Shown: positions 9,292-20,215 of the stretch, piece by piece
Numbering within the stretch: the first letter of the stretch is position 1
How the letters are laid out: every line of letters starts with the position of its first letter
Assembly: GCA_018985235.1 (NCBI GenBank)
Contig: JADGIG010000044.1
Span: 1-32,908 of the forward strand
Direction of reading: 5' to 3'
DNA length: 32,908 nucleotides
Source: Sanchytrium tribonematis
Lineage: Eukaryota
The notes under the pieces: model-generated
The model's input: only the letters and a program-made list of their open reading frames with translations
What the model was told of the DNA's origin: nothing
The model's database searches: none
Translations under genes and position numbers: made by a program

Positions 9292-11809
9292 TTATAACAG
9301 TTCACTGGCTCTGAACGCTGAATTTGCTGCTCTTCTCCATTTTTTCCGTTCAAATCTGGTGCAGTATGGTAACGCAATGATAAGGAATGAATTTAATATC
9401 ATTTTGACGATTGCAAACACGCTTAAATTGATAAAATCATTCAATTTATAGACGGGTTTAAAGAATGAATTTGCTAATGTGGTTTGGAAGATTTGAGATG
9501 ATGTTGCAGAAGATGTAATGGAATCCGAGTGATATACTACATCTGAAGTAGTCTTGAAAAATATTCTTCTGATCAAAATAGACTCTAAATAAATAAAATA
9601 TACGCTTGGAATCATCAATAGAGTAAGGATTAAATTCAATTTGATCAGATAATGAGATGGTTGTAGTAGTTACAGGCAATGTGTCTGTATTGACAAAGCT
9701 AGAAATACTAGACTCAGAAAGAATCAAATTTTGTTTCAAAAATGAATCTGAGTTATTTGCACAAATTTCCAAATTGGTGGCATTCAAAATTGGATTTTTA
9801 GTAATGTCACAATATTTTAGAGTATCAGGAGCAGCAATATACACATTAGAGATTGAATTATTGTATAAATACAAGAATTTTTCAGAATTTAGTTCCAACA
9901 TAGACACATTTCCACTAAAATTATTAGAATCCAATTGATTTGGTAATCCCAATACCAAAGTAATCATATTGGGTGGCAGAGTGGGTAAGACAGTGTTGAT
10001 TTTATTACTTTGTAAAAATAAATGCGCCAAACTTGTTGGAAATGGACCAGTTAGATTTGTAAATTGATTAAATGACAAATCTAAATTAATCATGCCATTT
10101 GGTATAAGTGGAATTGTGCCACTTAATTGATTATGATTCATATTTCCAACACTGATTTTGCCAAATCCTGGTAAATTGCCACTTAATTTGTTATTTTGTA
10201 CAAAAATTGAATCTGCATTTGGTGGAATATAAATTGGACCACTAAATTGATTATCATTTGCATAATAATACTTGGCATTGGGTGCTTCTGGCATCGTACC
10301 ATTAAATTTGTTGCCATTAATATAAAACTGAAGTGCATTCATAAATTTTTGAGTAATTTGGCCACTAAATTGGTTATTGTCGATTGAAATGGTACCTATA
10401 TTTGCAAAATCAGGTATGGAACCATTAATTTTGTTGTTTGTAATCGCAATAAAACTTAAATTTTGAGGTACTTGGCCAACAATATTGACAAAATTATTGT
10501 TGCTCAAAAAAAGTATTGTAAGACCTTTTGGCAATAAATCCATGTCTAAAGTGATTTCTGGTTCTATAGAGTTGAAAGAATTCCATGTAATTTCCAAGAC
10601 AATCCTTTCATAGCAATATATTTCCGACAATGAACAGCAATCTTGACTAATAGAATCAAAGTAATCAGGCTTATTAAGATCTAATTTCATTGATTTGGCG
10701 AATATTGCAAGTTGTTCGCATCCATATCCGCTCTTCGAAGGTTTATTCGTTTGACAATTGACGGGTAGATTAGATGAATTTGAAATTGGATTATTTTTTA
10801 GAATGCAATAATTGTCAATATCACCAATAGAACAGGTTCCGTCTATCACCTTTACACTTGAGACATCATTATTAGTAATATTTAAAAAGCAGTTATTCTT
10901 TAAAATGCTAACTTCGCCATAAAAATGATTGTTGGAAATATCTATATTTTGAACAGATTCCGCGGAAATCCAATTGGACATGTTGCCAGTCAAATTGTTG
11001 TTTTTAATTGTTAGTTCTATTATGTTAAAGAAACTAGGCTCAAATATCCCACTTAATCGATTATTATCCAATCTTAAAATTCCCAAATTTGAAAGATTGG
11101 GAATATTTCCGATAAATAAATTATTGCTTGCAGTCAAACTGTACAGTAATGGAGGAAATGCAGGCAGGGAACCACTTAATAAATTGTGTTGTATCGAAAT
11201 AAACAATACTTGTGTTGGAAATACTTCAATTTTTCCAGAAAATAGATTATAATCAAATGATCCAAACTGAAGCGCATCTGATAGTTTATTTGCCAATGTG
11301 CCATTAAATTGATTCTTGTCGCAATAAACTTGACTTGTACCCACCATTTTTGGTAATTTTCCACTTAATTTGTTATTTGACACTTTCATATAATCTCCAA
11401 AAAAATCAAAATTTAATTGACCAACTAAATGATTGCCACTAATAGAAAGATAGGCTAATGTTGGTGGGAATGTGACATTAGCTATTTCATTTAATCTGTT
11501 ATAGTCTATGGCAAAAAAATCAGATGGTAATTTGAAATTCAAAATTCCAGTCAACTCATTAAAACTCAGATCTAGCCTTCTCAAATTTGGCGGATACACA
11601 AGATCAGTTACATCACCATCTAAACCAAGACTTACCCAATAGATACTCTTTACTTGACCATTAGAACACTCAACACCCAAACAACAATCTACCAAGTTAG
11701 TCGCGTACATTCTAGGTTGTCGACGATCTAATCCGAGTTTTTGGGCCATTTTAATGACAATATTACAATCTGAAATGACTCCCAGAATAAAGTAGTAAAG
11801 TAAAATCAT
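9292..11809 (-). CDS. Two-module LRR membrane protein, paralogue 1 (832 aa; exons 11809-9604 and 9584-9292)
   Basis: Signal MILLYYFILGVIS and LRRs with Cys caps. Removing the 19-nt intron joins track ORFs 9458..11863 and 9292..9639 and supplies the stalk, TM and basic tail. Confidence 0.85.
9585..9603 (-). other. Predicted 19-nt spliceosomal intron
   Basis: GTATATTTTATTTATTTAG, phase 1. Splicing gives DDSKQSILIRRIFF. Confidence 0.85.
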
Positions 11810-11863
11810 GTTAAAGATCAAGCCACGCAGTTTCGAAAAGAAATAAATTTCAATAAAAGACAC

Positions 11864-12988
11864 TTAATTTCCATTTATTTGACTCCATTCTGTTACTCTT
11901 TGATCCTCTTTTCCAAATCCAATCTCAATAAACACCAATAATTCAGAAATAATCTGTTTCATTTCATCACTCAATTCCATCTCCAAATCCAATATTTCAA
12001 ATGCCATTTGTGCTGCATTAAATGGCTGAATGGGATACAAATACGTATACAACCAAATTATTATGTCGTCACAAGTTTTTTGAGTAGGACACAAATCATA
12101 AATTAATCGATTTAAAGTCAAATACGTCCAATGTAAATCACCCAAATGCGATAATACTTGATCCCTCAACTCATTTAATATATTTATAGTGGCTTTAAAT
12201 GGATTCATATCCAAATCCATCACTTTATCTTCCAATTTCTTTTCAATTTCTAATAAATGATTTAAATTCATTTGACACGCACAAATCAATTGGTTCTTTG
12301 AAGGAATGACTGTTAATCCACACTGGCATTTAATCATTCTCATATCATCGATGCCACGACATCTAGCACATAAACACACAAATCCACGATCATGTAATAA
12401 TTTCTCCATTCTAAATCGACGTGGTTTTATCAATAAATCACCAGAGATATACGAAAATGTGATTTCATCTGATGCATTAATGGGTTTAATGGCTTTAAAT
12501 GTCAATTGGCCCTGTTCCCATCCCACATTACACACATTCTGAGAACAGGAATGATTGGCTTTAGATGCAAATACATACAGCGCATTATCATCTGAATTAT
12601 TAATACCATGTGCATTTAATACCCACATGGTCGCATATCTTGATGCCAAATCATGATCTTTATAATCTGTAGCATGATTTAATGCATCTACACATTCTTT
12701 GATTTTGGCAAATTTATTGGATTCTTGGAGATCCATGGTCTTGAATGCATCAATTAATCCAATTTTAGATGGATATTTTTGAATCATATTAAAGAATGAC
12801 TCTACAATGTCCCCATTCTTTGCAATTAATGCAGGTTGTTCATTTAATACAATTTCACCTATTTTAAGTGATTTAGTGGATATGAGTGAATTACCAAATG
12901 GTTTCATAGATTGTACTTTTGTATTTGGATAATGTTGACTGGCAATGTCATTTAATTTCTGCAATTGTGTATTTTGCATTTGTGTCAT
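11864..12988 (-). CDS. SET-domain lysine methyltransferase, SMYD/Set5-like, no evident MYND finger (374 aa)
   Basis: GNSLISTKSLKIGEIVLNEQP (N-SET), SKANHSCSQN, EITFSYI, post-SET FVCLCARC. First plausible ATG is 12988. Confidence 0.88.
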   Translation of the reverse strand: MTQMQNTQLQKLNDIASQHYPNTKVQSMKPFGNSLISTKSLKIGEIVLNEQPALIAKNGDIVESFFNMIQKYPSKIGLIDAFKTMDLQESNKFAKIKECVDALNHATDYKDHDLASRYATMWVLNAHGINNSDDNALYVFASKANHSCSQNVCNVGWEQGQLTFKAIKPINASDEITFSYISGDLLIKPRRFRMEKLLHDRGFVCLCARCRGIDDMRMIKCQCGLTVIPSKNQLICACQMNLNHLLEIEKKLEDKVMDLDMNPFKATINILNELRDQVLSHLGDLHWTYLTLNRLIYDLCPTQKTCDDIIIWLYTYLYPIQPFNAAQMAFEILDLEMELSDEMKQIISELLVFIEIGFGKEDQRVTEWSQINGN

Positions 12989-13031
12989 CCCTTGCGAAAA
13001 TGAATTTAAAAAATAAATTCTAGGTAATTTA

Positions 13032-13724
13032 TTATGGGGCGAGTCTGCGTTCAAAGTGATTTAATGTTTGAGGATGATGTCCACCTCCAGTCTCCATGCT
13101 GAGAGTTGGAAATGCCTCAAAAGCTGCAATATTTTCTGCTTGTCTTAAATCATTTAACTGAATATCCTTTTCTTGGCCTCCTAGATGCTGAATTTGAAAT
13201 TCACCTGTTCTTGCTAATCCTTCTTCATTTGAAAACTTATTAAGTCTTTGTTTTTGTTCATCTGTGGGCTGCATCTCAATTTCTGCTAATTTCTCGTTGT
13301 CTTGCTCAAATTTCGCTTGATCAAATGTGTGATATGGATCATTAAAATATTCAATGACTTTTTGGTAATTTTCTTCTTCGATATCGCGAAGATGTTCTTC
13401 CTTACCTTTGAAAATCTTGACAAGAAATTTGGATATATCAGTCTCGTGTCTATCCCATTCCTCACCATCCATTATCAATGCATTCAATTTCTGGCGAATG
13501 TACTTACTTTGATAATAATCCAACACCTTTTTTTTAAGCTGCATTATTTCCTCTCGATGTAAAATCGGCTTCTCTGATATTACTTCAGCTGGTCTGGCTG
13601 GAGATCCGCTTTCTGGGTTATCCGCAACTTGTTGACGTGAATTTGCCAATGTTGTTACCAGTTTGGGCAATCCAACAGATGTTCCAAAAAATGGTAATGA
13701 AAATAAAAGTGTCAAGTAAATCAT
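13032..13724 (-). CDS. Secreted helical/charged protein of unknown function (230 aa)
   Basis: Signal-like MIYLTLLFS followed by LP, long ORF, ends TAATAAA. Confidence 0.75.
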   Translation of the reverse strand: MIYLTLLFSLPFFGTSVGLPKLVTTLANSRQQVADNPESGSPARPAEVISEKPILHREEIMQLKKKVLDYYQSKYIRQKLNALIMDGEEWDRHETDISKFLVKIFKGKEEHLRDIEEENYQKVIEYFNDPYHTFDQAKFEQDNEKLAEIEMQPTDEQKQRLNKFSNEEGLARTGEFQIQHLGGQEKDIQLNDLRQAENIAAFEAFPTLSMETGGGHHPQTLNHFERRLAP

Positions 13725-14051
13725 TGTCGATAGTCTTTGCGATGTCCACTCTATTTATAGACTCTATCAGACCTAATAGCCACTCATATTCGCGATGTAG
13801 TCGTGCTATCTTTTCAATCTTTCCTAATCATCCAATCATTTAAATCGAAGCATCTGTCAAATCTAGCCTCCGAATAAATTCCTTAGGTACAACTATAGGG
13901 AAACCAAGACACCCCCTGTTACTATCTTGTGAGCCAGTCATTATTAATTGTTCAAACAGAGCCAGGCATCTCCATTTGATTCACCAAGATTGAACCAATC
14001 AAATCTCAATCAAAATAAATGAAAAACCCAACAGATCTCAACTTTCTCACT

Positions 14052-14837
14052 ATGCAGTGTCTCTCATTCATGCTAATATCAGTCGTATGCGCGATGGGTA
14101 ACTATACACACCCTTCAGCGATCTGGTCTCCTAATATCCAAGGCAATGCTTCCTTTGAATATTTCAAATCCACATTTATTGTCCCTGATGTACCCTCATC
14201 CAATTGGACTAGTTTTGAATTTTATCAAGGCATTGCAGATAACAATGCAGCTGGTACTACAAGTGCCAAATTGAATTGGGGCAAACCAGCTTGTCCAGAT
14301 TCTACAAATTTAGATTATGAGCACAATTGGTGGGTATCTGCTGAGCATGAAATCCCTGCTAACTGCTCTGCTTCTGCATCAAGTAACAAAATGATTGTGC
14401 AACCAGGTATCGAATTGACCATGATTCAAGAAATCAAGGACAATCAATGGATTCAAACTATTACAGATCTATCCACTGGTAAATCCATTTCATTCACATC
14501 TGTATTGAATCCACATTATTCTGCAATGATTCGATTTGAACCTGGTGAAAATAAAAATGGAATTCAATGGAATTCAGAAGCACCTCCATTTGGCGTCAAG
14601 GATATTGAATTACATTTTAAATCCGGAGGAAATTGCAATTTTGCGGCTGCGAGTCAAAAAGATTTTGGGAGTGTGGAGTGCGATGAACCCGTTAAAGCAG
14701 ATGGAAAATGCACTATTAAAACATGCAAATTCAATGGATATAATGGATCATTTACTGGGGTGAATAGCACGTCATCAGCAAGTAGCAATATTGCTGGATT
14801 TATGGTATTTTTGACAGTTTTCATGGCATTTAAATAA
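14052..14837 (+). CDS. Secreted, predicted GPI-anchored beta-rich protein, possibly with a peptidase-G1/ConA-like fold (alternative ATG 14019)
   Basis: Signal, FIVP..P...F.FYQGI, LNWG..C, WWVSA, M.VQPG..L, W.QTITD pattern, GPI-like tail SSASSNIAGFMVFLTVFMAFK. The fold call is from recall only. Confidence 0.65.
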   Translation: MQCLSFMLISVVCAMGNYTHPSAIWSPNIQGNASFEYFKSTFIVPDVPSSNWTSFEFYQGIADNNAAGTTSAKLNWGKPACPDSTNLDYEHNWWVSAEHEIPANCSASASSNKMIVQPGIELTMIQEIKDNQWIQTITDLSTGKSISFTSVLNPHYSAMIRFEPGENKNGIQWNSEAPPFGVKDIELHFKSGGNCNFAAASQKDFGSVECDEPVKADGKCTIKTCKFNGYNGSFTGVNSTSSASSNIAGFMVFLTVFMAFK

Positions 14838-14955
14838 ACAAAATTACCAAGGCTTTTTTGAATTAGTTTAATCCCAATGAGAGTTCATGATTTATGCAAA
14901 GATCTTGAAAATCTATCTATTAAAATAATGAACCAGTTGTGGCTTGATCTCAAAC

Positions 14956-17491
14956 ATGATTTTAATTTACTACTTTATTTTTGGAATTATTTCAGATTGT
15001 GATATAGTGATTAAAATGGCTCAAAAATTGGGATTAAATCATCAACAACCAAGAATGTACGCGAATATCCAAATAGATTGCTGTTTACCCTATGAAATGA
15101 CTGGAATTTGGTGTTCTGATGGACACGTCAAATACATCTTTTGGGATAGCCTCGGATTAGATGGAGATGTGACCAATCTTGAATATCCACCTAATGTGGC
15201 AGAATTTTATTTAGATAATAACAATTTAAAGGGAAGTTTAAATTTCAAGTTACCATCTGATGTATTTGTGATTGATCATAATAGATTAAGTGGTATTTTT
15301 AATGCAACTGTACCAGTGACATTAGATCGTTTATCATTTACAGATAATCAATTGGAGGGAATATTGGATTTCGATTTTCATGGAAGTGATTTGGGAGTTT
15401 CAAAAAATAAATTCACTGGCAATTTGCCACGTATGAATGCTATCACATATTTGGCATGCCAAATGAATCTGTTTAATGGTACACTGACTAATAAGCTACC
15501 AAATACACTTCAATATGGATCATTTGAGTCTAATCAATTTATTGGTGAAATTGGAGCATTTCCAACACAAGCCAGGTCTATTTCGATGCATCACAATCTA
15601 TTGAATGGTACACTACCGGCATTTCCTTCACTGCTTAATAGTTTTATTGCAAGTAATAATCTGTTTATTGGAAATATTCCATTTTTAAAGAATTTGAAGA
15701 CGTTGAAATTGGATAATAACCATTTAAATGGAATATTTGAACCTATTACCACCAATTTATTGGAATTAACAATAAAAAACAACACTTTGACTGGTAATAT
15801 GTCTAATTGGGTGTCTGCAGAATCCATTCAAAAATTAGATATCTCTGACAATCATTTTTATGGCGAAATTCGCATTTTAAAGAACAACTGCTATGTTAAT
15901 ATTACTAGCAATAATATTACGAGTGTCAAATTGATAGACGGAAGTTGTTCTGCCGGTGGGATTGACAATTATTGCAGTATTAAAAATAATCCAATTTCAA
16001 ATTTCACCAGTTTACCACTAAATTGTGAATCAAATCATGTTTTCAAAAGTGGATATGGATGCGAACAGCTTATAATGCTAGCAATATCAATGAAAATTGA
16101 TTTAATCAACCCAGAATACTTTGATTCACTGAACCAAGATTGTTGCTTATCTGCAAATATACATTGCAGCCAAGGCAGTGTCGATAAAATTCAATGGAAT
16201 TCTATTAATACTCTTGGTTTTGAAATCACTTTAGACATGGATTTATTGCCTAAAGGTCTTGCAAGTCTTTCATTGAGCAACAATAATCTTGTCAAAATGA
16301 TTGGCCAAGTACCTCAAAGTTTAAACTTTATTGAGATTTCCTACAATAAAATCAACGGGACTCTTCCTGATTGTGCAAATTTACGCACCATTTTAATCGA
16401 CCATAATCAATTTAGTGGCCAAATTACTCAAAAAGTCATCAATGCACTTCAGTTTTATATTAATGGTAACAACTTTAATGGTACGATGCCAGAAGCACCC
16501 AATGCCAAGTATTATTATGCAAATGATAATCAATTTAGTGGTGCGATTTATATTCCGCCAAATACGGATCAATTGTTTGTACAAAATAACAAATTAAGTG
16601 GCAATTTACCAGGATTTGGCAAAATAAGTTATGGAAATATGAATCATAATCAATTAAGTGGCACAATTCCACTTATACCAAATGGCATGATTAATTTAGA
16701 TTTGTCATTTAATCAATTTACAAATCTAACTGGTCCATTTCCAACCAGTTTGGAGCATTTATTTTTACAAAGTAATAAAATCAACACTATTTTACCCACT
16801 CTGCCACCCAATATGATTACTTTGGTACTTGGATTACCAAATCAATTGGATTCTAATAATTTTAGTGGAAATGTGACCATGTTGGAACTAAATTCTGATA
16901 AATTCTTGTATTTATACAATAATTCAATCTCTAATGTATATATTGCTGCTCCTAATACTCTAAAATATTGTGATATTACTAAAAATCCAAATTTAAATGC
17001 CACCAATTTGGAAAATTGTGCAAATAACTCAGATTCATTTTTGAAACAAAATTTGATTCTTTCTGAGTCTAGTATTTCTAGCTTTGTCAATACAGACACA
17101 TTGCCTGCAACCACTACAACCATCTCATTATCTGATCAAATTGAATTGAATTCTTACTCTACTGATGAATCCAAGCGTATATTTTATTTATTTAGAGTCT
17201 ATTTTGATCAGAAGAGTATTTTTCAAGACTACTTCAGATGTAGTATATCACTCGGATTCCATTAAATCGTCTAAAACATCCACCCAAATTATCCAAACCA
17301 CATTAGCAAATTCATTCTTTAAACCCGTCTATAAATTGAATGATTTTATCAATCTAAGTGTGTTTGCAATCGTCAAAATGATATTAAATTCATTACTTAT
17401 CATTGCATTACCATATTGCACCAGATTCGAAAGATCTAAAATCACCAAAATATCCACTTCATATTTCTCTGCAAATAAATCAATTTCTTGA
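14956..17491 (+). CDS. Two-module LRR membrane protein, paralogue 2 (838 aa; exons 14956-17176 and 17196-17491)
   Basis: Colinear with paralogue 1. The same 19-nt intron joins track ORFs 14944..17265 and 17165..17491. Confidence 0.85.
17177..17195 (+). other. Predicted 19-nt spliceosomal intron
   Basis: AAG C|GTATATTTTATTTATTTAG|AG TCT gives DESKQSILIRRVFF. Confidence 0.85.
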
Positions 17492-17497
17492 AATTTA

Positions 17498-18130
17498 CTA
17501 AAATGTCATTGATACAGTCGCCTTTTTCGTATCCGCACTATCGAATTTACTTCCAATATCAATGCACTGATACACATTATTATTGGTCCCTGGCATGTGC
17601 CCACAAATTTGTCTGCTTTCAATTCGAATGCCATCTGCGCCTTTTAAATTCACCATTTTACTCCAAACTTGCTTCTTTGTGAAATCTTGTTTGCTACACC
17701 ACACTTCTGAATTGGAATTTGCAATACACATGAAATCGGCGTATTGACATAATCTCACTTGTGTGACATGCGCACCACTAATTTGACTGACTGCTACAGC
17801 ATCTTTACTGATAAGATTCACTGCGCCACCACATCCCACATCTCCATTACTCGTCACAATGCAAATCTTATTTTTGTAAAAATCAACAGATACCAAATTG
17901 GGTTGTTCATTTGCAAATGTACCACCATATGTGAATGATTTACCATCTTTATAAGTAAATTTCAATACTTTGAATACGCGACTATCATCTTGTAGTCCAC
18001 AAAATAAAGATTGTTGAGTGACTTGGCATTGGCCATTGTCGTGTCTTGACAAGTCAGAGAGACCACCTATTGATTGTGGGATAGATTGAATTGGCATGGG
18101 AAACATCATTTGGTTGAAATGAAAAGGCAT
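17498..18130 (-). CDS. Cys-containing beta-repeat protein, possibly a tectonin-like beta-propeller lectin (210 aa)
   Basis: Imperfect repeats LVSVD...ICIVTSNGDVGC / VTQV...MCIANSNSEVWC...W / IRIE..ICG...NNNVYQC. Start is uncertain. Confidence 0.55.
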   Translation of the reverse strand: MPFHFNQMMFPMPIQSIPQSIGGLSDLSRHDNGQCQVTQQSLFCGLQDDSRVFKVLKFTYKDGKSFTYGGTFANEQPNLVSVDFYKNKICIVTSNGDVGCGGAVNLISKDAVAVSQISGAHVTQVRLCQYADFMCIANSNSEVWCSKQDFTKKQVWSKMVNLKGADGIRIESRQICGHMPGTNNNVYQCIDIGSKFDSADTKKATVSMTF

Positions 18131-18325
18131 CTATTTATGGTTAAAATAAATTAAAATCATTTGTATGACACCAATCAAAGACTGGAGGTAATTTACAAAG
18201 TCAATTTGCAATCACAAGTTCACAAAGGGAATGATGCTTGAGAAGCATCAAGATATGCCTGAGATGCAAAGTTGAAAATTAAAGCAAGTCAAAAATTGCC
18301 AAATTGATCCGTGTCTCATCCCAAT

Positions 18326-20197
18326 ATGTCACTCGTTGAACAAATTCTGCAACGATTTGCTGCAGATACAGTGAAGCAAGGTAGAATTGTGAGAATTAGA
18401 CCACATTATTGTATGACACATGATAATTCAGGTGCCGTCATTAACAAATTCAACGCATTAAAATCAAAACAACCCAAGTTATCCATTTATAAACCATCTC
18501 AATTGGTATTTACACTAGATCATGATGTGCAAAACATTAAAAATCAATTTAAATATGGTAATATTAAGAAATTTGCAAAAACACATGGGATTGATTTTTA
18601 TCCTGCTGGTCGTGGGATTGGGCATCAAATTAATATTGAAGAAGGATATGCATTTCCTAATAAGTTGACTGTGGCTTCTGATTCACATTCTAATATGTAT
18701 GGCGGTATTGGGTGCTTGGGAACTCCAATTGTGAGATCTGATGCGCTGAGTATCTGGTGTACTGGAGAGACATGGCTTAAAGTACCACCAGTGATTAAAG
18801 TCAATTTATTAAATCAATTGCCAGAAGGCGTGAGTGGCAAAGATGTGATTATAGCACTTTGTGGGTATTTTAATGCAGATCAAGTTTTAAATTCATTTTT
18901 AGAATTTTCAACCAATTCACTAGGTGTAGAAGACAGATTGAGTATTGCAAACATGACTACGGAATGGGGTGCATTAGCAGGTGTATTCCCATATGATTCA
19001 ATCACAGAATCGTATTTAAAGAATTTGTATGAGAAATCAGATAAAATGAAACCACGCAATTTGAACAAGATTAAACACATTTCCACAAAGAATGCCAACT
19101 ATTTCAAGACATTAACCATTGATTTATCCACTTTAAGACCATTTGTGAGTGGACCCAATTCAGTTAAAATATTTACATCTGCTAAATCACTTGAAAATGA
19201 TAAAATCAAAATCAACAAGGCATATCTAGTCAGTTGCACGAATTCTAGAACATCTGATATCCATGAGGCTGCTAAAATATTGAAAAATAAGAAAATTTAC
19301 AAAAATGTTGAAATGTATATTTCTGCTGCTTCTAGTAAAATAGAACAAGAATCTAAATTAAATGGAGATTGGGATACATTATTACAAGCAGGATGCATCC
19401 CATTAATCAGTGGATGTGGCCCATGTATCGGATTGGGACAAGGATTATTAAAATCAAATGAAGTAGGTATTTCTGCCACAAATCGCAATTATAAAGGCAG
19501 AATGGGTGATCCGAATGCATTATGTTATTTAGCATCACCAGCAGTTGTTGCTACAAGTGCATTAAATGGCTATATCTCATCCAATTCCAATTTATCCGAT
19601 ATTCCAATTTCTGCTCAAATTCAAACACAGTCAACCCCGTCTACTTCTTTCGAATTAGAAGATGGAATAGAGACAAATGGCACTCTATTCTACTGCAAAC
19701 AAGATAATATCAATACAGATGCCATCTATCCTGGTAAATACACCTATAATGATGATATCACCCCAAATCAAATGAAAAACATCGTCATGGAGAATTATGA
19801 CCTCCAATTCACCAATCTAGTATCTCAACATCAAAATACAAAGTATTTAATTGCAGGATACAATTTTGGAACAGGTTCAAGCAGAGAACAAGCAGCCACA
19901 GCATTATTAAGCATAGGCATCAAAATCGTATTTGCTGGTTCATTTTCAGAGACATTTAAGCGCAATGCATTAAATAATGGATTATTGACTATAGAATTAC
20001 CTGAATTAGTGGATTATTTACAATCTAAATCGTATCCCAATTTGACACATGAAATTGGCCATGTTATATTTCACAGTGGTGGGAAATTGATTTTAAATGA
20101 TAAAGTATTTAAATGCATGCCATTAAATGGGATTGCAAAGGAATTGGTTGAATCTGGTGGCATCGAATCCTTTATATTGAATAAAATTGAAAAATAA
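18326..20197 (+). CDS. LYS4: Homoaconitase (homoaconitate hydratase), 623 aa
   Basis: CMTHDNS, LDHDVQN, FYPAGRGIGHQINIEEGYAFP, ASDSHSNMYGG, SCTNSR, GCGPCIGLG, SATNRNYKGRMG, TDAIYPGKYTY and GTGSSREQAA in a single-chain fungal-type enzyme. Confidence 0.95.
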   Translation: MSLVEQILQRFAADTVKQGRIVRIRPHYCMTHDNSGAVINKFNALKSKQPKLSIYKPSQLVFTLDHDVQNIKNQFKYGNIKKFAKTHGIDFYPAGRGIGHQINIEEGYAFPNKLTVASDSHSNMYGGIGCLGTPIVRSDALSIWCTGETWLKVPPVIKVNLLNQLPEGVSGKDVIIALCGYFNADQVLNSFLEFSTNSLGVEDRLSIANMTTEWGALAGVFPYDSITESYLKNLYEKSDKMKPRNLNKIKHISTKNANYFKTLTIDLSTLRPFVSGPNSVKIFTSAKSLENDKIKINKAYLVSCTNSRTSDIHEAAKILKNKKIYKNVEMYISAASSKIEQESKLNGDWDTLLQAGCIPLISGCGPCIGLGQGLLKSNEVGISATNRNYKGRMGDPNALCYLASPAVVATSALNGYISSNSNLSDIPISAQIQTQSTPSTSFELEDGIETNGTLFYCKQDNINTDAIYPGKYTYNDDITPNQMKNIVMENYDLQFTNLVSQHQNTKYLIAGYNFGTGSSREQAATALLSIGIKIVFAGSFSETFKRNALNNGLLTIELPELVDYLQSKSYPNLTHEIGHVIFHSGGKLILNDKVFKCMPLNGIAKELVESGGIESFILNKIEK

Positions 20198-20215
20198 TAA
20201 ATGAAATGCATTTGT

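Noticed and set aside
9292..17491. Composite transposon bounded by long inverted repeats
   Set aside because: The repeats are LRR genes. No transposase, terminal repeats or target-site duplication were seen.
18131..18160. In-frame upstream ATG (MILIYFNHK-TAG-MPF) and both TAG stops followed by TAA, suggesting TAG reassignment or read-through
   Set aside because: No in-frame TAG interrupts any long conserved ORF. TAGTAAA is explained as a variant of the stop/poly(A) fusion. The standard code fits.
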